DNA of 64,000 bases from an uncultured Gemmatimonadales bacterium (GTDB taxonomy: Bacteria > Gemmatimonadota > Gemmatimonadetes > Longimicrobiales > RSA9): the NCBI GenBank assembly GCA_963741945.1, contig CAVUKA010000003.1, positions 416,001 through 480,000 on the forward strand. Direction: 5' to 3'. Position numbers and translations under genes: made by a program. Each line of letters opens with the position of its first letter. Position 1 is the stretch's first letter. The notes under the pieces were generated by a model. That model did not search any database, was not told the DNA's origin, and was given only the letters and a program-made list of their open reading frames with translations. Positions 1 to 11,098 of the stretch are shown here, in pieces.

Positions 1-740
1 TCCGGGCATATCTCGAGGGTGGCGAGATGGTGGAGTGGGGCGCGAAGACGATCCCCGAGGGGGGATATTACGCGCTGCCGGAGCGGCGGAGCGGGAACGG
101 GCTCGTCATCCTGGGCGATGCCGCCGGCTTTGTCGACGTTCCATCACTCAAGGGCATCCACTACGCCGTGCAGTCCGGGATCTTCGCCGCACGCGCCATT
201 TTCGAGGCCCTCCAGGCCGACGACGCCTCCGCCGCCGCGCTGGCGCGCTATGACGAGCTGGTGAACGAGAGCTTCATCGTGAAGGACCTGCACGGCACCA
301 GGAACATGCGGCTCGCGTTCAAGGACGGCTTCTATCGCGGCGGCGTGAAAGCCGGACTCATGACGCTCACGGGGGGGCGTCTGTTCGGCGGGAAGATCGA
401 CATGGAAGCGGATGCCGCCGCGCCGAAGCGGACGGGGTCCCCCGAGCCGGCGTTCGCCCCCGACGGCGAGCTGACGTTCAGCAAGGTGGACGCGGTGTTC
501 AAGTCCGGGAACCAGACGCGCGATGACATCCCGAGCCACCTGGTGGCGCCGGACCACGTCCCGCCGGAGCTGGTCGAGGTTTACGTCCACATGTGCCCCG
601 CGGGCGTGTACGAGAAGGACGACGCGGGCAACCTCGTGATCAACGCGCCCAACTGCATCGACTGCAAGGCCACGGACGTGCTGGGGCCGCGCTGGACCCC
701 CCGCGAAGGGGGCAGCGGCCCGAAGTACCGGACGATGTGA
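1..740 (+). CDS. Electron transfer flavoprotein-quinone oxidoreductase (FixC/ETF-QO family), 5'-truncated by window edge
   Basis: WGAKTIPEGG, GDAAGF...KGIHYA FAD-region motifs; C-terminal CPAGVY...NCIDCK ferredoxin module; frame is open back to the window start; convergent with etfAB. Confidence 0.9.
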   Translation, partial: RAYLEGGEMVEWGAKTIPEGGYYALPERRSGNGLVILGDAAGFVDVPSLKGIHYAVQSGIFAARAIFEALQADDASAAALARYDELVNESFIVKDLHGTRNMRLAFKDGFYRGGVKAGLMTLTGGRLFGGKIDMEADAAAPKRTGSPEPAFAPDGELTFSKVDAVFKSGNQTRDDIPSHLVAPDHVPPELVEVYVHMCPAGVYEKDDAGNLVINAPNCIDCKATDVLGPRWTPREGGSGPKYRTM

Positions 741-744
741 GCGG

Positions 745-1729
<985 letters not shown>

Positions 1730-1737
1730 ATCGCCTC

Positions 1738-2481
1738 CTACAGGACTTTCGCTTCGTCGCGCAGCAGGCGGACCAGCTCCGGCACCGCGTCCGGGCCCTC
1801 GCCCACGATCTTCCCTTCCGGCCGAGCCGGCGGCTCGCTGTAGCTCCGCGCCTTCAGCCGAGGCGCCGGCACGTCCGCCTCCTTCTCCTCCATCGGCTTC
1901 TTCTTCGCCGCCATGATCCCCTTCAGCGACGGATAGCGCGGCTCGTACGGGCCTTTCGTGATGGTGACCACGGCGGGGAGCGCCACTTCGACCACTTCGG
2001 TGCCGCCCTCCACCTCGCGCTGGCAGACGACGGCGTCGCCGTCCTTCTCCAGCTCTGCCACGCCGGTGACGCACGGCAGCCCGAGGATCTCGGCCACCAT
2101 GGGGCCGACCTGGCCCTGATCGTCATCGGCGGCCCGGGTCCCGAACAGCATCAGGTCCGCGCCGATATCCCTCAGCTCCGCCGCCAGCGCCTTGGCCACC
2201 GACAGCCCGTCCATCGAGCCCTCACCATTCAGGCGAACGGCCCGATCCACGCCCATGGCGAGCGCAGCGCGCAGCTGCTCACCGACGGCGGCGGCGCCCA
2301 ACGACACCACCACCGTCTCGCCCTCGCCGGTCGCGTCCTTCAATCGCAGCGCCGCTTCCACCGCGAATTCGTCGTAGGGGCTCACGATGAACTTCAGTCC
2401 GCTCTGGTCCACCGAGTCCCCGCTCACCCGTATGCGCGCCTCGGTATCCGGCACGCGCTTGATGCAGATCGCCGTCTTCAA
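1738..2481 (-). CDS. etfB: Electron transfer flavoprotein beta subunit
   Basis: [44 protein letters not shown] start with GGGGGAG RBS. Confidence 0.95.
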   Translation of the reverse strand: MKTAICIKRVPDTEARIRVSGDSVDQSGLKFIVSPYDEFAVEAALRLKDATGEGETVVVSLGAAAVGEQLRAALAMGVDRAVRLNGEGSMDGLSVAKALAAELRDIGADLMLFGTRAADDDQGQVGPMVAEILGLPCVTGVAELEKDGDAVVCQREVEGGTEVVEVALPAVVTITKGPYEPRYPSLKGIMAAKKKPMEEKEADVPAPRLKARSYSEPPARPEGKIVGEGPDAVPELVRLLRDEAKVL

Positions 2482-2604
2482 AGCTCCCCCTCCTTCGTCT
2501 CCGGCCTCGTCCTCGCGCCCAATGTAGACCGCACCGGTACACGAGAAAAGGCGGCCCGCGCCTCACGCGTACCGCCTCTCCTCCCACCTGCCGTGCGGTC
2601 GGGA

Positions 2605-2802
2605 TCAGATCGGCGTGGGCTCGCCGACCTCCTCCTCTTCCTTCTCCGGGCTCCACTTCTCCGGCTTCCACGCCGGCTCGGGCTCATCGGAACGCCGGGG
2701 GGCCGGCTCGTATCGCTCGGGATCTTCCTCCGGTCGCTCTTTCGCCGGCGCGCCGGGGATCGGCAGCGGTTTGTTCGGGTCGGGTCCGGGGACCGTCGCC
2801 AT
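2605..2802 (-). CDS. Small Pro/Glu-rich hypothetical protein (65 aa)
   Basis: GGAGG RBS before the ATG at 2802; fills the gap between co-oriented genes. Confidence 0.55.
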   Translation of the reverse strand: MATVPGPDPNKPLPIPGAPAKERPEEDPERYEPAPRRSDEPEPAWKPEKWSPEKEEEEVGEPTPI

Positions 2803-2889
2803 ATGGAAGCCTCCTGTGATCAACAACTCGATTCCGGATTCGCTTCCATACGATGTGCACGCCGCATGCCACCCCCGACGGACCAGCCG

Positions 2890-5800
2890 TCATCCAGCGC
2901 CGATACGGTCCAGGAGGGTGCTCACCGCCGCCTCCAGCTGCCGGTCGTGCCCGCTGTGCGTCTCGCCGAGCGGTCGGCTCACGGGCACGTCCACGGGCCG
3001 CGGATTCAGCTCCATCACCTGCCCGTCATGGGCACGGATGCGCGTGCGTGGCATGCGCAGCGTTGAGCCATCGACCAGCCGCGCGCTCCAGGTGTAGATG
3101 ATCCAGCCAGCCGTGGGCTCCCCCACCACCGGCCCGAGGCCCAGCGTGCGATAGCCCTCGGTGAAGTCCTCGGCATCGGAGAGCGCGTTCATGTCCGTGA
3201 CCAGGACCGTCGGCAGTTCGAGCGACCGCTGCCCGAGCATGCTGCGGGCGGGCACGGTCGGGTAGCCGCGCATCTCCATGGTGATGTAGCCGCGACGGGC
3301 GAAGACATCGAGCGCGTAGGCATTGACGAACCCGCCCCGGTTCGCCCGCACGTCCACCACCACGCCCTCCTTCGCGAAGTTGGCCGCGTCCAGGTCCACC
3401 AGAAGCTGCTGGAGCGAGCCCCACCCCATGTCCGGCATGTGGACGTAGCCGAGCCGACCACCACTGATGGAGTCCACGAACGCCCGTCGGCCCTCCACCC
3501 AGGCGCGGTACGCCAGCGCCCCCTCCTCGGAAGTGGACACGGGCTGCACCGTCACTTCCCGCGCGTTCCTCCCCTGCCCGTCCGCCACCGTCAGCGCCAC
3601 ACGGTCGCCCACGGTGTTCTCCAGCAGCCTGTCCACGGCGACGTCGGGCCCGAGCGGAGATCCAGCAACGGCCAGGATCCGGGCACCCGGCGCGATTCCG
3701 GCCACGGCGGCGGGGCCGCGCGCCAGCGCCCGGGCCACCACGAACCTGCCATCCGCCAGCGCCTCGGGATCCCAACGGATCCCGAGGCGGCCCGTCTCCG
3801 CGTGCCCTTCCGACGGCTCGCTGTGCCCCAGGTGGCTGGCATTGAGCTCGCCCAGCATCAGGTTCATCAGCCGCTCCAGCCCCGCCGCTGTCTCCGCGGC
3901 GACCACGCGCGGGGCCCACGCCTCCCGGACGGCATTCCAGTCGGCGCCGTGCATGTCGGCATCGTAGAAATGGTCGCGCATGTACGACCACGCTTCGTCG
4001 AACACTTCCATCTTGTCCGCGTGGAAGTCCGTGGTCAGCTCCGCCGTGGCGTCGATGGAGCGCTCCTTCCCGCCTTCGAGCGTCACGGCGCGCGCGCGGC
4101 CACGATCGAGGAAATAGACGGTCTTCCCGTCCTTTCCGAACCAGGGCAGCCCCTTGTTCCCGGGCGACGACGTGAGCTGTCGCGCCACACGCGGCCCATC
4201 GGTCACGGCGTCCAGGCTCCATGCATACAGGTTCTGCTGCCCTTCCGCTTCGCCCACGAACACCAGCGTCTCGCCATCGGGCGAGATGGCGATGGAGCCG
4301 GCGCTCAGGCCGAGTGGCAGCAGCGCCAGGCGCCCGGCGATGCCGTCGAAGTCGATTTCGACAGGCGAAGCGGAAACCGCTTTCGGATCCTTCCCCGTCC
4401 GCGCCCCGTCGCCGCCCCCGCTCGCGGGCTCCTCGGGGCGGAACAGTGAATCGAACTTCGCTTCGCGGAACACGGGCACCCGCGGCAGCAGGTCCACCCG
4501 GGCGATCCGGCCATCCTCCGTCCGTTGCTGCGTGTCGAAGTACAGCGCCTTGCCGTCCGGCGACCACGCAAGGGAGCGGGCGTTGCTGTTGGCCAGCCAG
4601 CTCACCGGCCGGGCTTCGGCCGACCCGTCCGCGGGCACCACGTACACGTTGGTGAACATGTGGGCGTCCGCGGCGAGGAAGGCGAGCCAGCGCCCGTCCG
4701 GGGACCACGCCAGCGCTCGCTGGGCGCCGAATGGCGGGCTCCACAGCTGCGCCCGGGCCAGCACGCGCTCACCCCCGCCGCCAACCTCCGCCAGCACGAG
4801 CTGGGACCCGTCGCGCACGAACGCTACGCGGTCACCATCGGGCGAGAACACGGGCAATGCGTGATCCGTCCCCTCCATTGAGACGGCCCGCTCGCGGCCC
4901 GTGACGAAGTCGTAGACGTACGTCTGCATGGTGCCGCTCCGGCGCGACGTGTACGCCAGGCGACGCGAGTCCGGGGCCCACACCAGATCCGCCTCAGGCG
5001 CGACGGTCCGCGTCACCTGCCGGGCCGCGCCACCCTTTTCGGCCGAGACCGCGAACACGTCGCCGCGGGCCACGAACGCCAGCTTCGCCCCGTCCGGCGA
5101 AAGGGCCATGTCGGAGAAATCGGAGGAGAGCCGGCGCGTTTCTCTGGCCGGCCTCCGGACTTCGCCCCCCAGCTTCACGGGGACGGCCGCGGCGCGGCCG
5201 CTCGCCACGTCCGCGGTCCAGATACCGAAATCCCGCTCGAACGCCACGGTGCCACCATCCCGGGTGATGGTGGGCCAGAGCACGCGGCCGCGGTCGAAGC
5301 GCGTGACCGGCCGGGCATCGCCGCCGGACACCGGCTGCCGCCACAGGTTCTCCGCCCCCGAGCGGTCGGACATGAAAAGCACGGTGCTGCCGTCGGCGTC
5401 CCACATCGGCCACAGGCTCTTTTCGCCTTCGGCCGTGAGCCGCCGATACGACGGAGCTCCGTCTTCCTCCGGCCGCACCAGCCAGATCTCCGATTCGTCG
5501 ATGTGACTGTGACCGTGCCGCCACCACTGGGAGAACCCCATGCGCGCCCGCCCGTTCACGGCCACGGTGGCGCCGTCCGGCGACACGGCCGCGAAATACT
5601 CGGGCTGGTACTCGCTGGCGGACACCGGGACCGGTGACCCGCCAGCGGCCGGCACGCGGAACACATCCGTCATCCCGCCCACGTCCCCCACGGCGGATGT
5701 GAAGTAGAGCCACATTCCGTCGGGAGACCACGCGTCCAGCGACTCGGCACCATCGCTCCAGGTCACGCGCGTCACGGCGCCGCTCGCCAGGTCCAGGACG

Positions 5801-6153
5801 TAGACATCGTCGCTCCCGGCGCGATCGGAGACGAACGCCAGCCGGCCACCATCCGGCGAGTAGAGCGGGCGGGCCTCGTTCGCAGGGTTCGCCACCACGA
5901 GCCGGGCTTCCCCACCCCCGGCGGGGACAACCCAGATGTCGCCGCCGGCCACGAATGCGATCTCGCTGCCGTCGGGACGGATCCCGGGTTGGGAGAGCGC
6001 TGGCGCCGCCGAGTCCGCCGGGACCGGCGGGTCGGGGGCCGGGGCGAGCGCGGGTGCGCCGGGCGTCGCATCGGGCAGGGCCAGGGAGACGACAAGGGCG
6101 AGGGGGATGGTCAGCGGCTGCACTGTAGGACCCTCCGTCGGATCGGTCATCAT
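2890..6153 (-). CDS. Tricorn-like S41 protease with PD40 beta-propellers and a PDZ domain, exported
   Basis: Repeated (W/F)SPDG propeller motifs, MLGELNASH, GYVHMPDM, DVRANRGG, catalytic SDAEDF, GEPTAG; start uncertain. Confidence 0.9.
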   Translation of the reverse strand: MMTDPTEGPTVQPLTIPLALVVSLALPDATPGAPALAPAPDPPVPADSAAPALSQPGIRPDGSEIAFVAGGDIWVVPAGGGEARLVVANPANEARPLYSPDGGRLAFVSDRAGSDDVYVLDLASGAVTRVTWSDGAESLDAWSPDGMWLYFTSAVGDVGGMTDVFRVPAAGGSPVPVSASEYQPEYFAAVSPDGATVAVNGRARMGFSQWWRHGHSHIDESEIWLVRPEEDGAPSYRRLTAEGEKSLWPMWDADGSTVLFMSDRSGAENLWRQPVSGGDARPVTRFDRGRVLWPTITRDGGTVAFERDFGIWTADVASGRAAAVPVKLGGEVRRPARETRRLSSDFSDMALSPDGAKLAFVARGDVFAVSAEKGGAARQVTRTVAPEADLVWAPDSRRLAYTSRRSGTMQTYVYDFVTGRERAVSMEGTDHALPVFSPDGDRVAFVRDGSQLVLAEVGGGGERVLARAQLWSPPFGAQRALAWSPDGRWLAFLAADAHMFTNVYVVPADGSAEARPVSWLANSNARSLAWSPDGKALYFDTQQRTEDGRIARVDLLPRVPVFREAKFDSLFRPEEPASGGGDGARTGKDPKAVSASPVEIDFDGIAGRLALLPLGLSAGSIAISPDGETLVFVGEAEGQQNLYAWSLDAVTDGPRVARQLTSSPGNKGLPWFGKDGKTVYFLDRGRARAVTLEGGKERSIDATAELTTDFHADKMEVFDEAWSYMRDHFYDADMHGADWNAVREAWAPRVVAAETAAGLERLMNLMLGELNASHLGHSEPSEGHAETGRLGIRWDPEALADGRFVVARALARGPAAVAGIAPGARILAVAGSPLGPDVAVDRLLENTVGDRVALTVADGQGRNAREVTVQPVSTSEEGALAYRAWVEGRRAFVDSISGGRLGYVHMPDMGWGSLQQLLVDLDAANFAKEGVVVDVRANRGGFVNAYALDVFARRGYITMEMRGYPTVPARSMLGQRSLELPTVLVTDMNALSDAEDFTEGYRTLGLGPVVGEPTAGWIIYTWSARLVDGSTLRMPRTRIRAHDGQVMELNPRPVDVPVSRPLGETHSGHDRQLEAAVSTLLDRIGAG

Positions 6154-6218
6154 GGGGGCCGGCCGCGCACGTCAGGGCGCCGGCCGGGTCACCGTAGACC
6201 GGGGAAGCTACGCCGGCC

Positions 6219-6806
6219 TCAACGCGAGAGCCAGCGGCTCCCACGGAGCGCGAAACGGAGCGGCGCCTGCGCGGCCCGGGTGATGCCGATCCGGGGCGTC
6301 GCCACGATGGAATCCGGCGGGATGGCCGGGGCGTCGAGGACCGTGACCGGCGGGAGGTCCAGGGGGTGACCGTCCAGCGCGCCAGTGATGGCCAGCGCCT
6401 GCGTGAGGCGCCCGGGGCCGCGCGCCAGATCGCGGTCGGCGGTCCTCCGTCGCTGGCGCATCGGTCCCAGGTCGCCCACCGGCTCCAGCGCGCGGATCAG
6501 GACGGCCGCCGGGAAGCCGTCGCTGTCGGTGACCGCGTTGAGGCACCAGTGGATGCCGTAGCTGCGGTAGACGTACGCGGTCCCGGGGGCGCCGAACATC
6601 GCTTCGTTCCTGGCCGTTCGCCCGATCCGGGCCGCGGCGTGCGAGGCCGGGTCCTCGGGGCCGGTGTACGCTTCCGTCTCGACGATGCGGCCCAGCGCCT
6701 CGCCTCCGCCGAGCGTCGAGCGCAGCACTTTGCCAATGAGAAGAGGCGCCACCTCCCGCGCCGGCCTCGCGTAGAAGGCCGGCGGGAGGGGCGCCCCCAT
6801 CTCCAT
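6219..6806 (-). CDS. DNA-3-methyladenine glycosylase (MPG/AAG family)
   Basis: GRIVETEAY, DPASHA, YVYRSYGIHWCLN, AVLIRALEP, GPGRL, TPRIGI. Confidence 0.92.
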   Translation of the reverse strand: MEMGAPLPPAFYARPAREVAPLLIGKVLRSTLGGGEALGRIVETEAYTGPEDPASHAAARIGRTARNEAMFGAPGTAYVYRSYGIHWCLNAVTDSDGFPAAVLIRALEPVGDLGPMRQRRRTADRDLARGPGRLTQALAITGALDGHPLDLPPVTVLDAPAIPPDSIVATPRIGITRAAQAPLRFALRGSRWLSR

Positions 6807-6819
6807 CGCTCGCGTCAGC

Positions 6820-9183
6820 TCAACGACCGGTGGGCTCGCCCGCGCTCGCGCCTTCGGCCGACGTGCGCCGGCGATAGTCACGCTGCCAGGCGATCAGCAG
6901 GCCGTCCGTGCGGCGGCCGCTGCCGAGCACTTCGCGCACCCGGTCCGGTTCCGCGTGGAGCCCGTTGAAGACCCGCTCCGCACCGAACGTCCGGATCAGC
7001 GCTTCAGCCGTCTTCTGGCCCACGCCCTGGTAGCTGTTCGAGAGGTAGCGGATCACCGCACCTTCGTCCGTCGGCAGTCCCAGCTCGGCCGGATCGAAAT
7101 CCTCGCCGCCCGCCGCAGCGGGTGCCGCTTCCGAGCTGGTCTCCGCCGCCGCGCCGGCCGCCGCCGGCTCCCGCTCCGAGGATGCGCCATCGCCCGAGGG
7201 CGTCCCCCCGCCGGCCGCCGGACTCTCCGGGCCCACTTCCGGGGCTTCCGCAGGCTTCGCCGCGGGCTCCTGCGACGGCATCGCGGGCGACGATTCCTCC
7301 GCCACCTGCGCGGCCGCTCCGCCTCCAGCGCTCGCGCCCGCCCCGACGGCCTGCCCCGGCAGCAGCGGCGGCGGGCCCTCCTGGGCGCCACCACGCCTCC
7401 GCCCCCGACGACCGTATGTGCGCGGCTTGTTCGCTTCCGCGGTGTCGGCGCTCGCGGCGTTCCCGGTCTCCTCCGGCTTCCCGGTCTCCTCCGGCGCCGC
7501 CTCGGCTGCGGGCGCCTCCGCGGCCGGCCCGGCCTCTCGCTCGACCGGCTGCCGCTCGCGCCCGGCTGCTTCCGTGGCCTGTTCCTCCTGCGCGTGGCGC
7601 GCGGCTTCCGCGGCCTGCCTCTCCCGCTCTCCCTCACGCTGTCTGGTCTCCGCGGCTTTCGCCTCGGCGCGATCCCGGCGCTGGGCGGCCTCCGCTTCCC
7701 TCGCCGCCTGGTCGCGGGCCGTCTCCGCCTCAGGACGCGACCGGTCCTCGGCCGCGGGCGTGGCCTGCGTCGCGAGCTGCTCTCGCTCCGTGCCTTCCGT
7801 GCGCTCGGTCCGCTCGGTCCGCTCCCGACCGCCGCGACCACGGCCCTCCTTGCGGGACTCGAACTTCTGCGCCCCCTTCGGCAGCCTCGCCTCGTAATAG
7901 CCGTCCGGCGACTTCTGGAGGTCGATCACTTCCACATCGTGCGCCTGGCGGAGGAAGCGGCTGAACTTGGTGAAGCCCAGCGCCGACTCGTCCCACCCCG
8001 GCTCGATCTCCAGCATCTGGCGCTTGATGTCGGAGTCCCTCGCCGGCTGGTCCGGCTGCTCCACCAGCTGTCGGATGGCGTTCTGCAGCAGGTCGTAGCC
8101 GTGCTGGAGGTCCTCGGCGCGGCCCTCGTGCGTGGACGGCCGCGGCTTCGGCTTCGCCGCCTCCGAGCGCGGCGAACGGGCCTCCACACGAGGCTCCTCC
8201 CGCCGCTCTTCGCGCGGAGTCGGCTCCTGGGGCGCCTGCTCCCGGGGCGCCTGCTCCCGCGGCGCCTGCTCCCGCGGCGCCGACTCCCGCGTGCGCTCCG
8301 GCTGCCGCGCGTGCGCTTCTCCGCGCTGCTCACGGCGGCCGCGGCCGCGACGCCGTTCGTCGCTGCCGCGGCTCTCCCGCTGCTCCGTGGCGCCACGGCT
8401 CTCGCGTTCTCCGTTCTCGTACGGCTGGACCTCGTACTGTCCGTTCTCCAGCTTCCGGAGCGCCAGCCTGTTCCGGGACGCGGCCTCGGTGAGGAACTTG
8501 TTGAACTTGCTGAAGCCCAGCTCGCTCTCGTCGAAGTTGCTGTCCAGCTCGAGCATGACCTGCTTGAGACGGTCGGAGCGCATGACGTCGTTCTGCGACG
8601 CCATCTGCTCCACCGCCCGCTGCACCAGCTCCCACGGGTCCGTCTCCGACACCATGTCCTCCTCGCCCGCCCTCGTGAGGCCGGTGAGCGAGGAATAGGA
8701 GAAGTACTCGTCGCAGTTCTGGACCAGCAGGTCCGACGCGGACTCCCGCAGTCCCACGCCGATCACGTACTTGCCGTACTCCTTCAGCTTGAGAACCATG
8801 CTGCTGAAGTCCGAGTCGCCGGAGAGGAGGATGTACGTCCCGATCTCCGGGCGCGTGAACACCAGCTCCAGCGCGTCGATGGCCAGCCGGATGTCCGTGG
8901 CGTTCTTCTTCGAGCTGCCGTATGCGGGCGCGAAGATCAGGTCCACGCTGGCCTCACTCAGCGGCACGATGTACTGGGCGTAGCGCCGCCAGTCCGCATA
9001 CGCGCGCTGTACGGCCACCTTGCCCTTGATGATGTCGCTGTTGAGGAGGTCCTTCAGCTGACGGGTGAGATCACTCCGGATGCCCATCGTGACGTTGTCG
9101 AAATCGATGAGCAGCGCTGCATTCGGCGCACCCTCGGGCACGCCGGCGCCCCCACGATGGGGAGCGTTGATGAAATTGTGCAT
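6820..9183 (-). CDS. NYN-domain (PIN-like) protein with two OST-HTH/LOTUS domains, a long disordered linker and a C-terminal HhH-like domain
   Basis: IDFDNV, AYADW, KNATDIRLAIDA, SGDSDF, CDEYF; two LKxxMLEL/I...(F/W)DESxLGFxKFxxFL repeats. Confidence 0.88.
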   Translation of the reverse strand: MHNFINAPHRGGAGVPEGAPNAALLIDFDNVTMGIRSDLTRQLKDLLNSDIIKGKVAVQRAYADWRRYAQYIVPLSEASVDLIFAPAYGSSKKNATDIRLAIDALELVFTRPEIGTYILLSGDSDFSSMVLKLKEYGKYVIGVGLRESASDLLVQNCDEYFSYSSLTGLTRAGEEDMVSETDPWELVQRAVEQMASQNDVMRSDRLKQVMLELDSNFDESELGFSKFNKFLTEAASRNRLALRKLENGQYEVQPYENGERESRGATEQRESRGSDERRRGRGRREQRGEAHARQPERTRESAPREQAPREQAPREQAPQEPTPREERREEPRVEARSPRSEAAKPKPRPSTHEGRAEDLQHGYDLLQNAIRQLVEQPDQPARDSDIKRQMLEIEPGWDESALGFTKFSRFLRQAHDVEVIDLQKSPDGYYEARLPKGAQKFESRKEGRGRGGRERTERTERTEGTEREQLATQATPAAEDRSRPEAETARDQAAREAEAAQRRDRAEAKAAETRQREGERERQAAEAARHAQEEQATEAAGRERQPVEREAGPAAEAPAAEAAPEETGKPEETGNAASADTAEANKPRTYGRRGRRRGGAQEGPPPLLPGQAVGAGASAGGGAAAQVAEESSPAMPSQEPAAKPAEAPEVGPESPAAGGGTPSGDGASSEREPAAAGAAAETSSEAAPAAAGGEDFDPAELGLPTDEGAVIRYLSNSYQGVGQKTAEALIRTFGAERVFNGLHAEPDRVREVLGSGRRTDGLLIAWQRDYRRRTSAEGASAGEPTGR
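8226..8290 (-). repeat. In-frame 15-bp tandem repeat (APREQ x3-4) within the NYN protein
   Basis: ggcgcctgctcccg(c/g) units repeated. Confidence 0.8.
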
Positions 9184-9380
9184 TTCCTCGCGTTAACCTT
9201 CCGTTCGTTGTTTTCCAGCGCGAGGCCCCTCATTGCCGCCGGCCACATGTGCGGCGCCGGGGTCGGGCGACGAGTGTCGGCCGACAGCCGGACCACGGCA
9301 CATGGCATCCGGACAACCGAGGAGTCCCGCAACAACGAGCCCCGGAGCCTCCTGGCTCGGGGACCCGTTCCGATAGGGTC

Positions 9381-10979
9381 CTACGGTCGACGGCTCGATT
9401 CCTCGGCGCTCACCATCCGCGCCAGCTCGACCCGCCGGACCTTCCCGCTCCCCGTCAGGGGGAACGAGTCGAAGAAGCGGACAAGATCCGGGACCTTGAA
9501 ATCCGCCAACGCGTTCCGGCACCAATCCCTGATTTCCTCGCCGGTGATGATGGCGCCTTCGACCGGCACCACACACGCGCATACCTGCTCGCCGAGTACC
9601 TCGTGCGGCAGCCCGACTACGGCCACGTCCATCACGGCCGGGTGGGCGTGCAGTCGGTCCTCGACTTCACGGGGGTACACGTTGAACCCCCCGCGGATGA
9701 TGAGCTCCTTTCGACGACCCACGAGATGGAGATAGCCCTCCTCGTCGATCATGCCCAGGTCGCCCGTCTGGAAGTAGCCGTCGTCATCGAACGCGTGCGA
9801 CGTCTCCCCCGGCTGGCGATAGTAGCCCTTCATCACGCCGGGGCCTTTTACCCCGATCTCTCCCAAACTTTCCAGCGGCAGCAGGCTGCCGTCGAAATCC
9901 AGGATCCGAACGTCAATGTCCGGTAGCGGCTTCCCGACCGTGAACACCTTCTTCTCTTCCGGGTCGGTGGGCCGCGTCATGGCCACCGTCAATGCGGTCT
10001 CCGTGAGCGAATAGGCGACGCACAGCTCTGGACACAGCTCCTTGCGGATCCGCCGGACCAGGTCATCGCCCACCGGCGCGCCCGCCACGATGCCGGTGCG
10101 CAGCGAGCTCAGGTCGTAGGACCGCTCCTCCAGCTCGCGCAGCTCCGTGATGAACACCGTGGGAACGCCGTAATGCACCGTCGCCCGATGCTCCTCGATG
10201 AGCGACAGCGCCGCTGCAGGCTCGAACGTCTCCTGCAGCACGAGAGTACCTCCGGCAATCAGTGTGCCGAGGATCCCCGGCCCCAGACCGAAGACGTGGA
10301 ACACGGTGGTGACGCCGAACGTCACATCGTCCGGCCGCAGCCCGATGGCGTCGGCCGTGGCCGCCGCCGTCTCCAGGAGGTTGGCATGGGTGAGCGCCAC
10401 CCCCTTCGGCTTCCCCATGGTCCCGGACGTGTACAGGATCGCGAACGTGTCGTCCGGCTTCGCCTGCACCGGCTCGAACGACCGACCCTCTCCGCTGGAG
10501 AGCAGGTCTTCGAACTGGTAGATCCGGTCGTCGTACCAGAGGTCCGCCTCCCCCACGGTCACCAGGTACTGCAGCTCCGGGAGCGAGGTGAGGAACCCCT
10601 CGAACAGCTCGAGGTAGTCCACGCCGTTGAAGTCCTCGGCCGAGACCACGACCGCAGCTTCCGAGTGCCGGAGCATGTATTGCAGCTCCGGCATCGTGTA
10701 GCGGGGGTTCAGCGGGACGATCACGGCCCCGAGCTTGGCGGCCGCGAACAGCGAGATGACGAACTCCGTCCAGTTCGGCAGATCCAGCGCCATGCGGTCG
10801 CCGGGTTCAATGCCCAGTTCCCGCAGCGCCGCGGCCAGCGCCGTGGAGCGCTCGTCCACCTGACGGTACGTGAGCCGGCGGTTCCCTGAAATCAAGAAGA
10901 CGCGGTCGGCGTCGTCCGCGACCCGCGCCCTCAGCGCTTCGGCGACCGTACGTCCCTTAATGCGCTCGACGAGCGCCAT
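9381..10979 (-). CDS. AMP-dependent acyl-CoA synthetase (long-chain fatty acid-CoA ligase family)
   Basis: YTSGTMGKPKG, YSLTE, TGDLG, GRRKELIIRGGFNVYP, GSGKV. Confidence 0.92.
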   Translation of the reverse strand: MALVERIKGRTVAEALRARVADDADRVFLISGNRRLTYRQVDERSTALAAALRELGIEPGDRMALDLPNWTEFVISLFAAAKLGAVIVPLNPRYTMPELQYMLRHSEAAVVVSAEDFNGVDYLELFEGFLTSLPELQYLVTVGEADLWYDDRIYQFEDLLSSGEGRSFEPVQAKPDDTFAILYTSGTMGKPKGVALTHANLLETAAATADAIGLRPDDVTFGVTTVFHVFGLGPGILGTLIAGGTLVLQETFEPAAALSLIEEHRATVHYGVPTVFITELRELEERSYDLSSLRTGIVAGAPVGDDLVRRIRKELCPELCVAYSLTETALTVAMTRPTDPEEKKVFTVGKPLPDIDVRILDFDGSLLPLESLGEIGVKGPGVMKGYYRQPGETSHAFDDDGYFQTGDLGMIDEEGYLHLVGRRKELIIRGGFNVYPREVEDRLHAHPAVMDVAVVGLPHEVLGEQVCACVVPVEGAIITGEEIRDWCRNALADFKVPDLVRFFDSFPLTGSGKVRRVELARMVSAEESSRRP

Positions 10980-11098
10980 CACCCCTCCGTCCGGAGTCCT
11001 GGACCGGTGCGCCGCTCCTCGCGCGCGCACCCTGGATCGAAAACCCGCCCCAAAAACCGCAGAAACATAGTCGCGGCGCAGAGGACCGTCAAACGCCG

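Noticed and set aside
2605-2802. Pup/UBact ubiquitin-like tag
   Set aside because: No C-terminal GGE/GGQ or GE, and no proteasome or pafA genes nearby.
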